A DNA stretch of 64,000 bases. Origin: Gnetum montanum. Lineage: Eukaryota; Plantae; Gnetophyta. Below, piece by piece: positions 12,697 to 27,101 of this stretch (positions are counted from its first letter, which is position 1; every line of letters starts with the position of its first letter). Under the pieces are notes generated by a model that had not been told where the DNA came from, searched no databases, and saw only the letters and a program-made list of their open reading frames with translations. The stretch covers positions 152,831-216,830 of the forward strand of contig MNCI01002538.1 in the NCBI GenBank assembly GCA_015680685.1, in the 5' to 3' direction. The translations under genes were made by a program, and so were the position numbers.

Positions 12697-15150
12697 ATGG
12701 CCCCAAAGCGTGGACAACATGAAGGACNATACAATTGGGACAGGCAGAAGGAGGATCTACTACAGTGCCTCAATAGGGACAACAACTCACATTATCCTCG
12801 GAGTGTGTTCAAGCCATCTGTGAAAAGTCCATGTCGACTGTAGTGATTATGGAATGGAACTTTGGATCTTTCATGGAATTAACTCTTGAGGTTGTTAGGA
12901 ACCAACTCAAAAGGTCTTCATTATGGCCTATTATGTTTGAAAGTGGTGCTTGGTACTTAGGAGAAATGTACCAATTCTAGCAAAATAAAAGAGAAGACAC
13001 CACAATCAACATTTGTGGTGTGTCTATAGATTTTTCTACCAAGGCCATCTTAGAAGTGTTGAACCTTCTGAATACAAGGCCAAAAATTGCTCACCCATCC
13101 ACTTGCTTCGATGCAAATGTACAAAGAGTTTGGTCGGATAGGGTGTATGACAAAGAAGACAAGACATATGGAGAGTTGATGCTAGAGGAAAGGATATACT
13201 TCAAGATTGGCACTTATCATATCTTTCCCACAACAGGATTAAAAATAATCTCAACATATGTGGTAAGAGGAAGTGCGATACTGATAGGAAAGGCCAATGC
13301 TAACCTTCCTCATCTATATCTCATGGAGATCTTGAGGTGGTTTGAAGAATGCAAGATAGGGAAGTTCGCGTTGCTCTTCCCTTATCTCATCAAGAAGCTA
13401 TGTAAACATGTTGGTATTCTAAGGTACACCAATGACATCCTTAGAAGAGCCCAGAATGCCTTGTTTGTTGAACTGTTAAAGCCACCAGCCCCGAGGAAAA
13501 GTGCTGGTGAGACACTAGAGCTAAAGCAAGAGCAAGAACAGATGGTGGGGCCTACTGCAACTCAAACTGTAGGGCCTAGCCAACTTCCAAGCATGAGGCC
13601 TAGTCAACAATAAGAATCAAGGCCCAACATGAGCTAGCAAGATCAACCACCACCACCATCGTAGGAATATCGACCGTCGATGAGCCACCTCAGGGCCATT
13701 ACTAAGACAGTCAGTTGGGGAAGTTGTGATGATGCTAATCTCTTCCGCATCATCGATGATACTGTATGGCCCTTAGTTTCTATTGATCATGCACAGGGTG
13801 AGTGTCCATCCAAATAGGAGGAGGGGAGACTCATTAGTCACAATAGATTTTAGGGAACACTGTGTCTTTCCAGGTGTAATTGGAAATAGGTGAAGGGGCC
13901 ACAATGATGGTCATGTAGCACTAGGATGCAGCCAGAACCATAGAAGTGGTCATACACAACATTAAATAATATTTCAACATCCATGTTGTGCCACCAGTAG
14001 ATTTCATAGGAGCACGAGATGCTGAAACTCTAGCTGGTCCCTCAATGACTCCTGTGGAGTATGAGGATGTCCTTGATGGATTGCTACAAATAGTACAAGT
14101 AATGACATCCCTGTTTGACATTCCACAAGATGTCACGGTAGCATAATCAGACCTCATCTCCACCAAAGGAAAGTTGGTCATGGTAGAGATCAGGGCTGAG
14201 CACGCAGATGTGGAGTTAGGAAAACTACAAGAGAGCCTCGTCACCCTAAAAGCTGCACAGCGGGACCCATCTTAGTTTATTCCTGTAGATTAGTTGGACA
14301 CTTTCAGGATAGATCAGCTTAATAAATTATTGGCAGATAATAAAAGAGTGGTGGACAAGAAAGAGTAGTCCAATTGGGATGCCTCTAAGGCACAAGCACA
14401 AACCTATGTGCACACCAAGGCACTTAGAGCCTTACAGGAGGAGAATAAACAACTTGCTACTAACAACCTTCGGTTGACCACTATGGAGAAATAGAAGAAT
14501 GTTCTCAAGGAAACCTTTCAGAAATTGCAAGAATAGTTTGTCAGAGTCAACCAAGACATGAATCATTTGGCTAGAGAGAATTGAACCCTCTCAATGGACA
14601 AGGTATGTGCAATCTATCAAAAAATAGCCATTGAAATAAGCACGTGGCAAAATGAAGCCAAGCAGCATGAAAAGATAAAGGAGCACTTCAGAGACTAGTG
14701 GGAATGTACAAGAAAATCATAGAAAAGGAGATCCATATGGCCAAGGCCCACATCAACACTTTTAGTGCTCAAAAAATTGATTGGTGGGCCATATTGGACA
14801 CATATGCATTTGCCCACCAGGTGGAACTTAAAAGTTGGGACGTTTAGATTTAAGAAATCACAGAGTACATGGAATTGGCAAACCTACAGTATGCCAATAT
14901 AGCCATGTTGATAGCAGGACCTCCAAGAATAGAGCTCAAGAAGTAGGTAGTTTCCACCTACACCAAATATGAAGCAGAATTTGCGGAGCACAAGAAAATG
15001 TTGCAGAAACTAGAAGTCGCAAATTCTGAACTAGAGGTGGTTAAGACCAACTACCAAGGTGAAAGAGATGTCACAGCAGACTTGGCTTGATAGCTTATGG
15101 ATTTTCAAGAGTATAGGGATAAAGCTAGAGCCTATGGGGAGGAACAATGA
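12697..15150 (+). pseudogene. Athila-type accessory ('env-like'/ORF2) gene of E1, degenerate
   Basis: TACTAAT branch-point-like motif and TTGCAG acceptor directly before ATG GCC CCA AAG (MAPKR). The 197-aa piece at 13020-13613 has LLFPYLIKKLCKHVGI, resembling the LxFPxLIxxLCxxxGV motif of Athila-type accessory proteins. A Q/P-rich linker and an E/K/Q/L-rich coiled-coil-like region follow, broken by stops. Confidence 0.7.
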
Positions 15151-18100
15151 TTGTTTGCAGCTTAGTACATCAAAGCAAATAAGATGTTCCCTCAACTACC
15201 GTGCCCATGGGACATGCTGACTCTATCAAACATTGGAGCATCATCATGGATGACATAGGATCCCTGAATGGAAGAGGAAAAGCTCCAAGCACTACTTCAA
15301 AGTCATCAAATTCCAAAACCTGGAGCATGGGACAAGGGGAAGCAACCCATGGAGTAGCCATTGCCACTTGGAACCACATGAGGCAAATAAAGTTTACAAT
15401 TTGGCAGTTTTGCAATTTTGTAATTTTGTGTTGTGTCCCAATTTTGTTCTATTGAGTTCTCCACTATGGCATGAATAAATCCCTAGTTAGTTAATAATCC
15501 GATACCTATCCACTATGTAATCAATGGATCTTGTTCTTATTTTTTTAACTTAAGGACGAGTTTTCATTTAGTCGTGAGAGTACGATGAATCATGATTCAT
15601 TAGGTCGCAATATTGTAGCCATGATATCATATATGCGATCTCGTGGCTCTTGTACAAGCGTATAAATACACTTTAGGTGCATAGTGGAGGAAGTAAGTTT
15701 TTAGTTAGATATTAGTTTTCATTTTTTAGTCTTTCTCAACCCTTTCTCCTAGTGCATGCTCGTAATGTGATGATTGTAATTGTATGGCACCTTTATTTGA
15801 GTGTGATGTACTTGGACATGCACATGACCAGAAATAAAGACTGAGATTACTTCATCATTGTAGCATTCAGTTAGCTTAATCATTTAATTGTTACTGTTAT
15901 TTATTTCTTTCATAGTTAATATCTCTTCACCCTAAACTCCTTAAATGCGTAATGAGTACGACTTAATCATGAGCATTCAAGTGTGACTACTTGGCATCCC
16001 AGTAGCGTACCTAGGCCATGTGCTTGATAATACCAGTGGTAGTTGTGCATGAAGTCCAAGATGTGTACGGATGATTAAGGAATGGATGCTCATCGCACTT
16101 AGGCTAGCTTAGACTCTCTTCACCCTTTCTCTCTTAAGTTAATCACAGTTATTTCCATTACCTTTAGAAGTAACACTAGCTTAGGACCACATCATACACC
16201 TCACTCTAGACTAAACTACACGTGACAAAGAAAATACTAGTCTAGGTGGGAAGATAGCAAACTGCGATCAACAAGTAACTATTTAAATACCACAACTAGC
16301 CCATTTATAGAGTTCAACCGCATTGTGCATGAAATGCTCATATTCGTATGGTTGAGTGTAAGGGTACCTCGCCACTCATCAAAAGGCTATTGGCCATTTT
16401 TTGACCAGTTTCAACACCATCTCTTTCTATTCAAGAGTAAGATTAGCATTGATTATTACCAGCTTGCCATTTTTTAGAAAAGAATACTTCATGCTGGTAG
16501 AAAGAGTTTTCAACTTTAGGGGCTCCTGTTTAAGATTCTTAGGGATTTCCAAATCTCCCCAATAAGTGTCATCAAGTTCATCATTAGAGAGTTGGCAATA
16601 AACTTGCTTTAGTTCATCCATGCCTTCAACATAGGCGCTTGTTAAGCTCTCAGTTGGTTCCATGTAAAGTGTGCTACTTTCAAGATCAACTATCAGTCAC
16701 TAAATGTCCTCTTGTTTTGTGGCTATTGTATACAGATCTAGATTTCTGTCTCATCTACATACTATCTACATGTTGTGATTGATGTACTTTTTATAGCTCA
16801 TAGTTTTGGCATGAAGTTGCACCCTATATCACTGTGCACAATGCATGGAACTCTCTTCTTCTCAATCTGGCCAAATACATTTTTTTTAGAAATATTCAAG
16901 GATAGGTCTTTGATGCCTAGTCAAGCATCAATGCTACTTAACCAATTCCTTTCCATGATGATTTGGAAGTTCCCCTTGCAATTATTAGCACAGATCACTA
17001 GGAAGTCAATAGGATAGGATCATCCATAGATAGTGGTCACAATGTCGTCCACTAGTCTCAAAGGAATAATGATGGATTGATTTGCTAACTCAAGATGGAT
17101 GTTACTCTTCTTAAGTGGGAGTAAGTTAGAGGATTTGTACATCTCATGAGAAATTAGATTTACACTAGAACCTAAATCCAAAATAGCTTTGTAAGGCTCA
17201 TTTCCAACAATTTATAGGTAAATAAGGGGACTCCCAGGATCATATCTTTTGCTAGGAAGGTAGCCAACATTTATTCAATCAGTTACCACATGGGTTAACA
17301 TGATGGTATGCACTTTGGGAGGTGTTTGGTTTGAAGGGGACTCAAGTATATTGGATGTAGAGGATGAGAGAGAATTAGGGATATTAGCTGCATGAGTTTG
17401 TGAGGGATTTATACAACTGCTAGTTCAAAAACATGATCTTTTTCAGGATCTAGTTTTTAAACCACTCAGTTGAGAAGCTAACTATAAGTTAATAGCCTTG
17501 GTAGTGTTATGTTGCTACAACTAGGATGAAATTTTGTCCTACATGGATGGAGTAAATGGTAATTGAGTTAAGGATAAAGGAAAATGTGTAGAAGAATGAG
17601 GAAGGTAATGAGGAAATGGAGATTCCCCTCTTTGAGATTGTGCTCTATAGTAGTCAAGAGGGTAGTAGTGATGCTGGAATGAAGTGTGACTCGAAGAGTC
17701 ATGCGGAGACATGGGCTACTAAACATAGTATCCATAGGGATCAGGTTATTAATAAGGATACTATTGCCTTGGTGGTGGCATCCCCCATGATTGTGGGTGT
17801 TTTAATTGATGATACTGCTCATAAGGTTGTGGTAAAACTGCACTTGGATAATAGGCTTGTTGTTGGTGGAACTACTTGGAATTTCCTTAAGGTTAAGGTA
17901 ATTTGCTAGGTGCTTGCCTTCTTGCTAGTCTAGGATTTAGAGCGTACACCCTAGATTCCTACAAGTATGACATAATAGGATAACATCCATTAGGATATTC
18001 GTATTGGTAAATGTCACATCCATCATCATCATCTGATTCAGACTCCATAACCTCCTCTACTATAGTAGCCTTATCCTTACCCCTTTAGTGGGCACATTTA

Positions 18101-20875
18101 GCTTCCTTCCTTCTCCTACAATCATGATCACTACTTTGCTCTTTGGATTCCTCTACTATTTTTAGAGCAATTCAAAATTTTTCATCCAAAGAGTTCCACA
18201 TTTTGTCTACCTTAGTCGAAATTTTGGAGACAAATTTCTAGATCAACAAGGTGTTTCATTGAATCACCTCATCAAGTGGTGCCTCCTCCTCATTGTAATA
18301 GAACTAGACTTCCATTTTTCTAATGGAAGGGTTCCAGTTGTACTCCTAAAAACTTTCCCTATTTCTTAGCTCTCCTTCTTCCTTAGCAACCTACTCAATG
18401 AGCCTTTGAATCTTATGGACTCTTAGTTTTGAAAGTCTTCCTTGATCATAGAACCCAAGAGTTCTCCTCATTTTTTATCAAAGCCCATCTATGATATGGT
18501 GGAGCTACTCCCTTTGAGAATAACCATAGCTAGGACATCAATGCAAAAGGTAATAGTACTTACCTATAGTTGCATCCAAGGGTTCATGTGTTCCTAGTTT
18601 CCAACCTTGGATCTACTTTGTTAGGTTCGACACTCAGGAGTACATTTGATACTTGCCATTGTACTCCATTGATGAATTAATTCTAGCTCTAAGGATTGGT
18701 ACCAACATTCATCTTCTTTGATGTGTGTCCTTGGAAACAACTTAAAATTTTGTCATTCATTCTCCACATTCTATAAGGCACAGGCATTATGAAATACTCG
18801 TAGGTGGTTTTGTGAATCTAAGTTGTATTCTCCTTTTAACTTAGGGATATTTTTCATATCCAACTACTTTATTCTACTATCTTTCACATGCTTTGTCAGA
18901 ATTATCACTACCTCTACAATGTTTAGCATGTTTAAAGTTGCAAGAAAAGGCTTATCATAGTCATAGCCTTTGTGATGGCCACGATGTGAATGATGCCCTT
19001 TGCTATCCCTTATTTTGTATGCCTACACCCTTAATCTTGACTAGTCCAGTGGGCCCTATGATCATCACTATCCATTGATCACCTCCATCACAAGTACATC
19101 CTCTGTGGCTTCTGTTGGAGCTAAAGAAGGAAGAGGAGGATGACAAAGATGAAGAGGAAGGAGGACCAACACCACCACAGTGCTTGCCAACCCATCCTCG
19201 ATGGTCAAAACCATGATCATCGTAATGATGCCTATCCTCATCCCTACAATGACTCCCATATTTGGATCCTGCATGATCATGGAACCCATTCTTGCCTAAA
19301 ACAAGATTATTTATAGTGGACTATAAATGTTGGTTCAAGCCTCCTTTGTTGAAACTAAGGGGAGGAGAATCAGTGAAATGAGATTCCATAGAGAACGAAT
19401 TCTTACTGTCCTTTTGGCCCAACAGGAATAATGGGTTATTAAATTATTTTTTTTTTAGCTTTATAGTTCCTCTCCTATTACTTATCTCTTTTATGTTGTG
19501 CCTTAGTGGGATGATAATCCTTAGATGTGTGGTCCTACACAACATATTCAACATGGATCCCCTAGATGCCCAACCTCATAAGAGTTTATTTGAGCATTGC
19601 AGGAGCTGATTGATCGGGTGGCAACAAAATGCTTTCCTTCATATTCTTCCACCACGTATATTCATCTTGATGTAGGATGAAGGTGAAGTTGGACACATAC
19701 TCATTAGGATGAGTATATATCACTTAGCATTGTTAGGGCACTAGCTAATTCGATTATTCATTTTGTTGATTGGATGCATGCTTGAATTTCAATGAAGAAT
19801 CATCCCTATGAGAAGAAGACATTTTAGAATTTTAAGAAAACATTAGTGTGCTTTTTACACTTATTATTATTAGAATGATTGTGACTTTAAGGTTCATTCC
19901 AATGATGCTGAATAATTTTCACTAAGTCCTAGATACCTTACTTAGCTAACTAAAGTTCCTAGTAATGATGCTAATCACGAGCAACAAGTATATCCTATGC
20001 CTAACCATATGAATCACTAGCATTCACTCAACTATCTAGTCAAATTTTGAAGACTTTAGGTTTCTAATTAAACTAGTTATATGAGGTGAAACTAACCGTT
20101 ACAATCATTGTCTTACTAGTTCCACTTGTGAAGTGCAAGTGTATAGTTAAGTGTAATTGAGATATATCATTTTTATCATTTTATATTTTATGTTTTAAGT
20201 TACCTAAGAATAAAGAATAAAGAATAAAGTAATTAATTATTTAAATAATATAATAACTAGCTATCACTTAACTAATCTTAACATAAGTGTTTGTTCCCAC
20301 TTTTTGTACACATCTTGAACACATATAGCGCTACTAGGTTATCAAACATTAAGTATTATTGGGATTACCAATTGTTATACGTATGCTTGATGTGGTTGTA
20401 TTTATGTTTGGTATTGAACTGATATTAAGTAATTACTTTAAAACATTAAAGTAAATTACTTACATATTAAATGCTTAAGTAAAATAATTAATCTAGTCTG
20501 AGTGCTATAAGGTTTATCAAAAAATCTTATCTTTATTGTTTTCCACATTAAAGTACTTAGGTACAATAGTGCTCGAATAAATATCTGTACACTCTTTAAC
20601 TCCTACTATGAGCATTGAGAAAATATTTTAACGTCTAAGAGGAACAGCTATAACTATGAAAAGATTACCATAAATGTAGTGGGTAAGTACACATTTAGAG
20701 GCAAAAAAAGGAGACCCCATTGATGGGTACACATTAATGAGTCAAACCCCACATCGATGGAATCACATCAACGAGATCTCATTGATCAGGTCGCATCAAT
20801 GGAATCCTATGAGTTATCATCCTATTGGCCATTGATGTGACCTAATCGATGTGATCTCATCCTAGTGACACATCC

Positions 20876-23800
20876 CAACTCAGAGGAAGAGTAGCCAATA
20901 GGAAGTTTTTATGCTGAGAGGTAGGCCCAAAGGGCATCATTGAATTTTGTGCTCCAGTCCCTCCTATACTTACTAATAGTTCTAGTTAGTATCTTTTTGA
21001 TTTCCTTATTTGTAACCTTTTCTTGACTATTGGCTTGGTAGTGGTAGGGTGTTGTTAATTTATGTTCAACCCCAAAGCATTGCATGAGCTTTTGAAAGGT
21101 AGTGCTTGTAAAATGAGTACCATTGTCAAAAATAAGTGCACTTGGCATCCAAAAATTGTTTACAACATTTTTTTGTACAAACTGAGTAGCCATAAAAGAT
21201 GTGCAATTGGTGACAACTGTAGCTTCTTCCCATTTCGTATAATAGTCAACAATGACTATGATGTATGCATTTTCATTTGACATGGATGTGATGGAACCCA
21301 TGAAGTAAATGCACCAAATGTCGAAGGGCTCTACTGATTAGATCCACTGTTGAGGTCCCTCCATATGAGTGGTTATTCCACCATCACATTGGCAGCATTC
21401 ACAAAAGTGGATGAAGTAGCGTTGGTGAATAATACCATGCCATGAGGATCTTAATGTTCATGCGTCTCTCAACATAGTGGCCCCTACAAGATCCCTCATG
21501 AGAATCTTAAAAAATGTGTAGTTGATTAGCATCAAGAACATAGCAATAAACCAAGCCATCAACACACATCTTGTAAAGGTGTCCATTGATTTCCATGAAG
21601 AATTTTGCCTAGTGAGGAAATTATTATTTCTTCTTATGATCCCACTCATGTGGCATCTACTAAGTGAGAAGATAAGTAAGAATTTGATCATACTAATTAG
21701 GTTTAGTGGGAATTTGTTTAGTTATATCCCTAGCAAAGATGAGTTCATTAGGAAATTAATCTGACAATGGGATCTTTTCCTCTTTGTTGTTCCATTGCAA
21801 CTAAGAAAAGTGATCATCAATCACATTCTTGGTTTCCTCTCGATCTACCATTGTAAGATTGAATTTTTGCAAGATCATTAGCCACCATATGACATGGAGG
21901 CTCACCTTTGATTTCTTCATCAGGAACCATATTGCACTGTGATCTATGTTACGAACATCTTGTACCCAAGCACATAGTACCTAAATTTCTTCAAGGAAAA
22001 AACCACTACCATCAATTCTCTTTTTGTGATGGTGTAGTTCAACTATGCATCCACAATTCTTTTGCTTACATAGTGGATGTAGTAAGGACATTTTTGATCA
22101 TCCAGCTACATGAGCATGGCTCCCAAGGCATAATTCAATGCATTCATCACGATATGAAAAGGTCTAAACTAGTTAACTACTTATAGAATTAGAGCTTTCA
22201 CAAGCTTCTTTTTGAGCTACTAGAATGCACATTCATATTATTTGGTTTAGATAAATATAACATCCTTCTTTGTTAGCTCCACCAATGATTTAGTGATCTT
22301 AGAGAAATTCTCAATGAATCATCGGTAGTAGCTAGTATCCAAGGAATGATCTCACATATTTGATGGTTTCTAGCTATTTGGTAATTCCTTAGATGATCCT
22401 TATTTTTTCAAGGTCCACTTTGATTTCTTTTTCTAAAATTTTATGCCTTAGAACAATGCCCTCCTAGACCATCAGGTGACTTTTTTTGCTAGTTGAGCCT
22501 AAGGTTTATCTCCACACACTTTTTCAACATTTTATCAACACGGTTCATAGCTTGATGAAATGTATCCCCATAGGTGGAGAAGTCATCTATGAAGAATTTC
22601 AACCTAGTACCAATCTGTTATTGAAAGATGCTCAGGAAGAGGCTTTAGAATGTAGTAGGGGCATTGCACAAGCTAAACGACATCTTTTTATATGCCAAAG
22701 TCCCCCAGAGACTTGTGAATGTAGTTTTGGCATGGTCTTTTTGTGTGATCTAAATTTGATTATAGTTACTATAACTATCTAAAACGTTGTGGTAGCAATG
22801 CCCAAAAAATGATATCCAACACTTGGTCCACAAACGATAATGGAAAGTGATCTTTGTATGTTGCCATTGTTGAGCTACTTTCAACATTAGCTATCAGCCA
22901 CTAGGTAGCCTCCTATGTTGTGGCTGTTACGTAAAGGAACCTTTGAATTATTGTCACATTGACACATTGTCTACATATTGTGATAGATGTGTTTTTCATG
23001 GTTTCTAATGTTTGCACATAGTTGCACCCTATGTCACTGTACACGATGCATGGAATATGCTTCCTCCTTATCTTTCCAAATTCATTTTCTTTGGAAATAT
23101 TTAATGAGAGGTCTTTGATTCTCTATCATGCATCTATTGTGCTCAACCAAGCCCTTTCCATGATGATTGGAAAGTCCTCCTTATAGTTGTTCACTTGAAT
23201 CACTAGGAAGTCAGAAGGATAAGACCACCCAAAAATAGTGATCACAATGTCTTCCACTAGTCCCAAGGGAATAGTGATGAATTAATCTACCAACTTAAGA
23301 TGAATGTTTCTCTTCTTGAGTGGAGGTAGGTTGTAGGCTTTGTACATTTCATGGGAGGTCAAATTTACACTAGAACCTAAGTCTAGAAGAGCCTTCTAAG
23401 GCACATTCCTAGTAATTTGCAAATAAATAAGGGGACTTCTAGAACCAGATATTTTCTTGAGAAGGTGGCTAGCCTTAATTCAATATATGACCGTATGGGT
23501 CAACATTACAATATGCACTTTGGGAGGTTTTTTGTTTGAAGGGACCTTAAATGAGATTTTATAGAATGAGAAAGAAGTAGGACCATCAGCTATAGGTGTC
23601 TATGATGGCTTAGAAAGATTGCTGGTTCAAAAGAAAGGTCTTTTTTAGGGTTTATTCTTCAAACCACTCAGCTGAGGAGTTGATTGTAAGTTAACAGCCC
23701 TTGTGACATTTCTTTGTTATGGTTGGATAGGAATTTCACCTTACATGGATGGACTTGGTGGTAATTGAGTTCACGGTGAAGGTACGTGTGAAAAAGGATG

Positions 23801-26800
23801 AGGAAGGTAGAATGTAAATGGCGATTCCCCTCTTGGAGACTAAGCTTTGTAGGATTCAAGAGGGTAGTAGTGGTGTTGGAAAGATGAGTGACTGAAAGAG
23901 ATAGGTAAAGAAATTAGTTGCTAAATGTAGTAGCCATAGGAATCTAGCTACCAGTAAGAATACTGCTACCTTGGTGGTGGAATCCCCCATGAATGTGAGT
24001 GTTTCCACTGCTGGTATTGCTAATGATATTGGGATGGAGCTTCACTCGAATAGTATGCTTGTTGTTGGTGGAATTGCTTATAGTTTCCTTGAGGATAAGG
24101 CCACCTCTTGGGTGCTTGCCTTTTCACCAATCTGGGTTTCAATGCATACACCCTAGATTCTTACAAGTGTGACATAATTAGGAAACATTCCTTAGGATTT
24201 TTATATTAGTAGATGCCACACCCATAGTCATCATCTATTTCAAACTTTGCAACCTTTTTAATGGTAGTATCTTTTCCCTTACTCCTTTAGTGGACACATT
24301 TAGCTTCTTTCATTCTCCTTCGGTCATGACCGCTATCTTTCTCTTTGGACTCTTTTTCAATTCTAAGAGTAGTTTGGAATTTTTCACCCAAAGAATCCCA
24401 CATTTTATCTTTCTTGCATGATATTTTAGAAACAGGTTTTTAGATTAGCAAGATTTTACATTGTACCTCTTTATTAATTGATGCCTCGTCCTCATTGTCA
24501 TAGAACTAGACTTCCCCTTTTTAGATAGAAGGATCCTAGTTATACTCCTTTACACTTTCCCTTTTCAACAACTTACCTTCTTCTTTGACCATCTACTTGA
24601 TCAGCCTTTGGATTTGATGGGCTCTAAGTTCTAAAAGTCTCCCTTCGACATAGACCCTAAGAGTTCTCCTTGTTTCTATTCGGAGCCCATCTATGATATG
24701 GTTGAGCTACTTTCTTTGAGAAAATCCATGGCTCAACCACCTATGCAATAAAGAGTAACATCTACCCATGGCTACATCCAAAGATTCACGTGTTCCTTAT
24801 CTCCATTCTTGGATCTACTTCCTTAGATTAGACACTTGGGAGTACATTTGATACTTGCCATTGAATAGCTTAAGCATCATACTCCATCATCTAATTAATT
24901 TTGGCTCTAAGGACTAGTACCATCTTTTAGCCTCCTTAATGAATGTTCTTGGGAATAGATTTAGTTTTTGCCATTCATTTTCAATGTTCTACAAGGCATA
25001 GGCAATGTGAAAGGATTGAAGATGTTTTTGTGAATCTAAGTTGTATTCCCCTTTGAACTTGGGGATATTATTCATATCCAACCTTTTGATTCTATTATCT
25101 TTCACATGCCTCATTAGAATTATTATAGTCTCTACCATGTTCAACATGCTTGTTGTTACAATGAAAGGCTCATCATAGTCATAGCCTCAATGATGGCCAT
25201 GATACCTATGATGTCCTTTGTTGTCCCTTCTTTCATGGTGGTGGGCCTCCTTTGATTATCCATGTCCTTGGTATTTATTGTTTCGATGGATCCTATGATC
25301 ATCTTTGTCTCTCCAGTCACATCCATCATAGTCATGTCCTATTTGTCTTTGGTCAGAGCCAGAGGAAGAAGATGAGGATGTCAAAGATGAAGAGGAAGAA
25401 GAGCTAGCACCAACACGGTGCCTACTACTCTCTCTCCTTTAGTCACGATCATGTTCACCATGTCTATCTTTGTCGTGGTGCTTGTCCTAGTTCTTGCTAT
25501 GAATCCCTTCTTTGGAGCCCTCATGGTCATGAAACCAATTCTTTCCTAAACTAGGATTGTTTATAGTGGACTACAAATTCTAATTAGGGCCTCCTTAATC
25601 AAATAAAAAGGGAGGAGAGTTAGTGTTTTGAGAACCCCTAAAGAATGGATTCTCAGCTTTCTTCTGGCCTAGCAAGAACAAGGGGTTTGTAAACTATTTC
25701 CCCTTTGATGCCTCATAGTGCATCTCTTGTTTCTGATCTTTCTTTCATTGTGCATCAATGGGATGATAATTCCAATAGTCATGGTCCTACATAATGTATT
25801 CAACATTGAGTCCTTAGATGCTTAATTTCATAAGAGTTTGGAGCAGCATTGTAGGGATTGATCAATCAAGCAACAACACATGTTGACTTCCATGTTCCTC
25901 CACTGTAGCTATTCATCCTAATTCAAGATGAAGGTGAAGTTAGGCACATACTCATTGGGATGAGTAATACCACTCTGCATTGTTAGGATAGAGGTAGTTT
26001 TGACCCTTCATGCCTTTGTTGATTTGATTCGCCTTTGTATGGCAATAGATAATATCCAATGTGAGAGAAAGCCATATCAAGTTGAAAGAAAAATAGTGTG
26101 CTCTTGTTATTATTATTATTATTTTTCTTAATGATGTTAATTTTTGGTTCTATTACAATGTCGTTATATGATTTCACTAACTCCTAGATAGCACGCGTGG
26201 CCAACGAAAGTCCTTGGCAACAACATTAATGATCAGTAGTGAATAGTCCCTACATTGAACCATATGAATCACTAGCGTTCACTAAGTAATCTGATCGAAT
26301 TCCATAGAATTTAGCACACTAAGTACACTGGGTCTAGGTAGTGAATCTAATAGATGTGATCATTGTCTTCTCAGTTTCACTTGTGAAGTGCAAGTGTATG
26401 ATAAAGTGTAACTAAGGCATATGATTTTTATCATTTTCTATTTATTATTTAAATCACCTAAGTGCCAAAAAATAAAGTAATAAATGCTTGATTAATCTAG
26501 TAACTAACTAATGTTTAGCTAATCCTAACATAAACATTTGTTCCCACTTTTTGTACACATCTTGAACACGTTGCAATGTTATAGGATTACCAAGCATTAA
26601 GTGCTACTAAAATTGCCAAGCGTTAATGTTTACTCGAAGTGGTTGTACTTATGTGAATTAATTAATCAATAATTAATTAATTAATTAATTACATTAAAGT
26701 AAATTTCTCAAGAAATAAATGCATTAAGTAAAAATTAAACTAATTCAAAATGTTGCAAGGATTATGAAGAAAGCTCATCTTTATTTCCATTCATACTAAG

Positions 26801-27101
26801 TTGCTTAGGTACATCAATGCTTGAATAAAGATTTGTACACTTTTCACTCCTATTGTGGGCACTTAGAAGATATTTTAACTATCAAATGAACAAAATGGAA
26901 TAGCTTCACTATGATACTAAACAATGTATTCCATCAATGTAGCTAGTGAGCATGTATTTATAGGCAAGACAAGACACCATGTTAACGAGGTCACATTAAT
27001 GCATCAAACTGCACATCGATGGGACCACATTGACAGGATCACATTGAAAAGATTCTGTCAATGGCATCCCATCAATGCACCCTGAGGAAGATGCTTCATC
27101 A
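20876..27101 (-). mobile_element. Athila-like element E2 (5' LTR, gag, protease, RT, RNase H, integrase; cut by E0; 3' end absent)
   Basis: LTR 26230-27101 (TGATGAAGC start on minus) and PBS ~26210-26229. Integrase VDYYTKWEEA..FDNGTHF..TTPYHYQANSQ at 20909-21301. RT/RNase H ~21800-22870, with an internal deletion near 22880. Confidence 0.88.

Larger units (their letters stand above)
7959..16381 (+). mobile_element. Athila-like element E1 with both LTRs: gag plus accessory ORF, no visible pol
   Basis: LTRs 7959-8749 and 15583-16381. Exact 5-bp TSD AAAGG (7954-7958, 16382-16386). PBS TGGTGTCGTTGCTGAGGA (Athila-type TGGCGCCGTTGCCGGGGA). PPT AGTCGTGAGAGTA. gag remnant ~9430-10370. Confidence 0.93.
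7149..20875 (-). mobile_element. Athila-like Ty3/Gypsy element E0 (5' LTR, gag, protease, part of RT; interrupted by E1; 3' half lost)
   Basis: LTR ~19975-20875 and degenerate PBS ~19955-19974. gag ~18200-18850, protease AILDLGSSVNL ~17160-17190, RT EEIEQLLKARFIYPI..HFPLPFVDQVLD..FLDGYSGYNQI 7574-7852. The reading frame continues across the E1 insertion (VKKWPIA|FS). Confidence 0.88.
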
